Origin: Gallionellaceae bacterium
Lineage (GTDB): Bacteria; Pseudomonadota; Gammaproteobacteria; Burkholderiales; Gallionellaceae
NCBI GenBank assembly: GCA_037140475.1
Contig: JBAXEJ010000004.1
Span: forward strand, 1,599-65,598
Reading direction: 5' to 3'
Length of the DNA stretch: 64,000 nucleotides
In this document: in pieces, positions 60,511 to 64,000 of the stretch
How positions within the stretch are numbered: position 1 is the first letter of the stretch
Layout: each line of letters begins with the position of its first letter
Made by a program: the position numbers and the translations under genes
The notes under the pieces: generated by a model
What the model was told of the DNA's origin: nothing
Database searches by the model: none
What the model saw: the letters and a program-made list of their open reading frames with translations, nothing else

Positions 60511-60694
60511 TAATTTTCCTTTAAAAATATTAAATAAAACAGATAGTTGCTTATTTCATTAAGCTCAATCTGTTGATTTCTGATCGTATTTAAACCCCTC
60601 CTACTTACTAATACTGCGATGCCCTTTTTCGTTTCTTGAGCAATATTATTGTTCGCAGCAGGCCGCATAATGCCTATCGTGTATCGAATAAGCA

Positions 60695-60735
60695 ATAGCC
60701 TTTGGCACACAATGGCTATATAGCCATCGGCTATA
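60695..60735. promoter_or_regulatory. array of GGCTAT/ATAGCC half-sites including a perfect 14-bp palindrome (candidate XRE operator)
   Basis: tggctatatagcca at 60713-60726, flanked by atagcc (60695-60700) and ggctat (60729-60734). Ends 15 nt before the XRE ATG. Confidence 0.4.
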
Positions 60736-60749
60736 CAATCCGCGCCACT

Positions 60750-61091
60750 ATGGACAATCGCATCAAAAAAGCGCGGAGTGAAAAAGGATGGAGTCAAGCT
60801 GACTTGTCGCGGCGAATGTTCGTTTCTCAACCTTCCGTTGCTGCTTGGGAGTCAGGGCGCAAAGCCCCTCACACCAAAAACTTAGCGCGTTTGGCCATGT
60901 TGCTAGAGGTAAGCGTGGAATGGTTGACTACAGGGCGCGGGGATAAAAACACTGTTAGCACTTTAGCAACTCAAGAAACCAGTGCTGATTGGATGTTGCC
61001 GGAAGAGCGTCGTTTGCTGGATTACTTTGGCAATCTCAAACCTCATCAACGGACAACGTTGTTAGGTTTTTTAGAATCGCTAAATTCTTAA
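60750..61091 (+). CDS. XRE-family helix-turn-helix transcriptional regulator
   Basis: IKKARSEKGWSQADLSRRMFVSQPSVAAWESG HTH. Start set at ATG 60750. Confidence 0.85.
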   Translation: MDNRIKKARSEKGWSQADLSRRMFVSQPSVAAWESGRKAPHTKNLARLAMLLEVSVEWLTTGRGDKNTVSTLATQETSADWMLPEERRLLDYFGNLKPHQRTTLLGFLESLNS

Positions 61092-61140
61092 GCACCTGTT
61101 ATTTCAGAGCCTGCGCACACTAAAAAGTTGTACTTAAAGT

Positions 61141-61674
61141 TTATTTAGTAAGCTGCAAAATCTCTGGCAGAAAAACTTCTGTCACCAATAGCGGCGCCCC
61201 TTTCAAATAAAACAAGGAACGACGCGCCCACAAAAACGGTGGTGCCATAGCCAAATCTACGCAAGCACTTCGATACAAAGGATGCTGCTGTTGGAGTTTT
61301 TTGTAATGCAAGGGCTGGCGCTTCACCAAGGGATGCCTAAACAGCAACGTGCCGAGTGAACGATTACCCAAACCGCGTATCGCGTACCAAGCACCCCGCG
61401 AATCACGCTCAGCGCAAGCGCTATGTGCGAACACCACGGGCTTGCCATCTGCAAACAAAAAAACTTCGCGCGAAAAAGCCAAGCGATCATTTGCGAACCC
61501 CAGCGTCGCGGCTTCATCAAAAGCCACTCGTGCCAGACCACTGCGTACAGGCTGCACAGAAAATTGCTGGCAGCGTTGTTGTATGCGGCGCGTCAAAGAG
61601 CCGTGGTCACGCAACCACGGAGCGTAACTCGCGGCCGAGCCAAGCAATAAATTTTGCCAATACATATCACGCAT
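61141..61674 (-). CDS. ubiC: chorismate pyruvate-lyase
   Basis: WLRDHGSLTRR, REV.L…GKPVVFAHS and LVTEVFLP blocks typical of UbiC. Start (61674 or 61665) overlaps or abuts the recG stop. Confidence 0.85.
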   Translation of the reverse strand: MRDMYWQNLLLGSAASYAPWLRDHGSLTRRIQQRCQQFSVQPVRSGLARVAFDEAATLGFANDRLAFSREVFLFADGKPVVFAHSACAERDSRGAWYAIRGLGNRSLGTLLFRHPLVKRQPLHYKKLQQQHPLYRSACVDLAMAPPFLWARRSLFYLKGAPLLVTEVFLPEILQLTK

Positions 61675-63694
61675 GAAGAAAGTCCGGTTTGTTCGCCATC
61701 CAGCGCTGCAAATGCGCCTGCGCAACATCGGGCATGTCACATAACAGTTCATCGGCAAGCGTTCGCGCTGACTCTAACAATTTTTCATCTTCGTTAATGT
61801 CGGCAAAGCGTAGCATTGCTTCACCGCTTTGTCGGGCGCCTAACAATTCTCCTGGGCCACGCAGCTTTAAATCTTGCTGGGCGATTTCAAAGCCATCGGT
61901 ATTTTCAAAAATGATTTTCAAGCGCGCGCGTGCTAATTCGGACAACGGCGTTTTAAACAACAAGACACACATACTTTCAGCCGCGCCACGCCCTACTCGC
62001 CCACGCAATTGGTGCAACTGCGCCAACCCCATACGTTCGGCGTGTTCAATCACCATCAAGCTCGCGTTCGGCACATCGACGCCCACTTCAATCACCGTGG
62101 TTGCTACCAACAAATGAATTTCGCCTGCTTTAAACGCAGCCATGATGGCGGCTTTTTCAGTAGGCGGCAATCGACCATGCGCCAGCCCAACATTCAGATC
62201 CGGGAATGCTTCACTCAATTGTTGATGGGTTTCGATGGCGTTCTGTAGCTCAACTTCCATCAGCTCAGATTCTTCAATCAGCGGGCACACCCAATAGGCT
62301 TGGCGCTGTTGCAAACACGCGGCACGCACTCGCTCAAAAACTTCTTCTCGGCGATTATCGTTAATGAGTTTAGTCACGATGGGTGTACGCCCGGGGGGTA
62401 ATTCGTCGATCACGGATACATCAAGGTCGGCGTAGTAACTCATCGCAAGTGTTCTCGGAATAGGGGTCGCACTCATCATGAGTTGGTGAGGCTCTTTGCC
62501 TTTACCTCTCAAAGCTAAACGCTGCTGCACGCCAAATTTGTGCTGTTCATCAACAATCACTAAGCCTAAATTTTGAAACGCTACTGAGTTTTGAAACAGC
62601 GCATGTGTGCCCACGGCAATTTGTGTTTCGCCCTGTGCAATTTTTTCAGCCGCCGCTGTTTTTTCTTTTTTCTTTAAGCTACCCGAGAGCCACACCGGAG
62701 CAATGCCCAGCGGAGTCAGCCAATCTAGCAATTTCAAATAATGCTGCTCGGCTAAAATTTCCGTTGGCGCCATAAAAGCAACTTGATAGCCATTCTCAAT
62801 CGCTTGCAATGCTGCTAAGGCAGCAACCACCGTTTTACCGCTACCCACGTCGCCTTGTAGCAAGCGCTGCATAGGATGAGGCTTTGCTAAATCCAATTTA
62901 ATTTCTTGTAGCACTTTTTGTTGCGCGCGAGTCAATGCAAAAGGCAAGGCTTGCAATAGTGCGGGGGTAAGGGTTTCACGCGGCAACAATTGCGGGGCGA
63001 TACGCTCGTGCCGCTTTTGATAATGCACGCGCATGGAAAGTTGCTGCGCCAGTAGCTCATCGAACTTAATCCGCCGCCAAGCAGGATGAGCTCGTTCCAG
63101 CATCTCTGCCTCATCAATCTGCGGCGGCGGGTTGTGCAGCATTTTTACACTCTCATCGAAAGCCGGAAGTTTTAGTTTTTTCAGCAAACTTACGGGGAGC
63201 GTGTCAGACAATTCCTCCGAGTTCAGCGCCGCGAGAATGTATTTGCGCAATGTCGGCTGGGGCAATCCAGCGGTTGTCGGATAGACCGGCGTGAGCGCTT
63301 GCTTGAGTGCTTTGTTTTCGCCGCCGGCATGACACTTTGGATGCACCATCTCTAAACCGAAATAACCTTCGCGCGCTTCGCCTAAGGCACGAATTTTTTT
63401 GCCCACCGCCAATTGCTTTTGCTGACTCGGATAAAAATTTAAATAGCGCAAAAATAAAATACCACTCTCATCCTGCAACTGACATATCAAACTGCGGCGA
63501 GGGCGATACATCACTTCGCTATGAATAATCTCACCCTCGACCTGTGCCGTTTCACCCTGCACCAGATCATCCACGCGCGTAATGCTCGTTTCGTCTTCGT
63601 AACGCAAAGGTAAATGCAACACCAGATCGAACGGTGTGTGAATACCAAGCTTGGCGAGCTTGGCTTGCGTCACGGGAGGGATTTTCAACATCAA
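61667..63694 (-). CDS. recG: ATP-dependent DNA helicase RecG
   Basis: Wedge domain followed by SF2 motifs GDVGSGKT, DEQH, SATPIPRT and QLHQLRGRVGRG. Confidence 0.96.
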   Translation of the reverse strand: MMLKIPPVTQAKLAKLGIHTPFDLVLHLPLRYEDETSITRVDDLVQGETAQVEGEIIHSEVMYRPRRSLICQLQDESGILFLRYLNFYPSQQKQLAVGKKIRALGEAREGYFGLEMVHPKCHAGGENKALKQALTPVYPTTAGLPQPTLRKYILAALNSEELSDTLPVSLLKKLKLPAFDESVKMLHNPPPQIDEAEMLERAHPAWRRIKFDELLAQQLSMRVHYQKRHERIAPQLLPRETLTPALLQALPFALTRAQQKVLQEIKLDLAKPHPMQRLLQGDVGSGKTVVAALAALQAIENGYQVAFMAPTEILAEQHYLKLLDWLTPLGIAPVWLSGSLKKKEKTAAAEKIAQGETQIAVGTHALFQNSVAFQNLGLVIVDEQHKFGVQQRLALRGKGKEPHQLMMSATPIPRTLAMSYYADLDVSVIDELPPGRTPIVTKLINDNRREEVFERVRAACLQQRQAYWVCPLIEESELMEVELQNAIETHQQLSEAFPDLNVGLAHGRLPPTEKAAIMAAFKAGEIHLLVATTVIEVGVDVPNASLMVIEHAERMGLAQLHQLRGRVGRGAAESMCVLLFKTPLSELARARLKIIFENTDGFEIAQQDLKLRGPGELLGARQSGEAMLRFADINEDEKLLESARTLADELLCDMPDVAQAHLQRWMANKPDFLHA

Positions 63695-63728
63695 AGGTCC
63701 GCTTTAGATTGATCAGCGGTGCTATTTT

Positions 63729-64000
63729 TTACAGAAACATCACACCATCCGCCTCAACCAAAGCATTACGCGGTAGCGAGGCAACACCTACGGCGGCACG
63801 AGCGGGATAAGGCTGCTGAAAATAGGTAGCCATGATTTCGTTCACGCGCGAGAAATTGGCGAGATCGGTCAGAAAAATATTAATTTTGACGATGTCATTT
63901 AAGCTACCGCCGGCGGCAATTGTCACTGCTTGAAGGTTTTTAAATACTTGGTGAATCTGCGCATCAATGCCTTCCACCATTTGCATGGTGGCCGGATCAA
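63729..64000 (-). CDS. ridA: RidA/YjgF-family reactive-intermediate deaminase (5' end outside window)
   Basis: …[49 protein letters not shown]. The frame stays open to the window edge. Confidence 0.85.
   Translation of the reverse strand, partial: DPATMQMVEGIDAQIHQVFKNLQAVTIAAGGSLNDIVKINIFLTDLANFSRVNEIMATYFQQPYPARAAVGVASLPRNALVEADGVMFL

Noticed and set aside
60510-60830. 106-aa minus-strand ORF in the PEGA/XRE intergenic region
   Set aside because: It overlaps the XRE gene start and the palindromic half-site array. It has no recognisable motif or SD and lies in AT-rich promoter-like DNA. It is probably not coding, though a small Cro-like divergent gene cannot be fully excluded.
1-64000. Scan for CRISPR arrays, rRNA or tRNA genes, IS elements, integrases and prophage structural genes
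   Set aside because: I saw no spaced direct-repeat arrays and no intergenic region large enough for rRNA. I saw no cloverleaf-type sequences in the short intergenic gaps I read. No ORF had transposase (DDE) or tyrosine/serine recombinase motifs.

Overview
64-kb chromosomal segment with betaproteobacterial-type gene order (glyQS-gmhB-plsC, rpe-gph-trpEGD, dusB-fis-purH-purD, ubiC/ubiA, recG). It is almost fully coding, with about 70 CDS. I recognised no rRNA, tRNA, CRISPR array, transposase or integrase. Three signalling or accessory regions interrupt the housekeeping blocks. (i) 10.0-23.5 kb: nine tightly packed co-directional genes (CHASE2-Ser/Thr kinase, PP2C, FHA, CHASE2-nucleotide cyclase, class-II cNMP phosphodiesterase, cNMP-binding/rhodanese protein, GAF-fused GspE/PilB-type ATPase, GAF-HD-GYP, CorA). 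The ATPase has no secretion or pilus partner in the window; this is my best candidate for an undescribed system. (ii) 38.0-44.3 kb: a two-component cluster with a stand-alone membrane sensor-like protein, plus a cNMP-binding EAL protein. (iii) 57.25-61.14 kb: an AT-richer islet (S24-only protein, MazEF, DUF4105 outer-membrane-like protein, PEGA lipoprotein, XRE regulator, a structured RNA-like element) that separates ubiC from ubiA. Also notable are an OxyR-divergent erythrin-rubredoxin-Dps-rubredoxin reductase operon, whose 54-aa rubredoxin gene is absent from the ORF track, and a 12-aa Trp-Arg-Trp mini-ORF plus a perfect 22-bp palindrome directly upstream of trpE. All functional calls come from reading motifs in the supplied translations and the DNA; no database search was run. 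Hand-located motif coordinates may be off by 1-2 nt.
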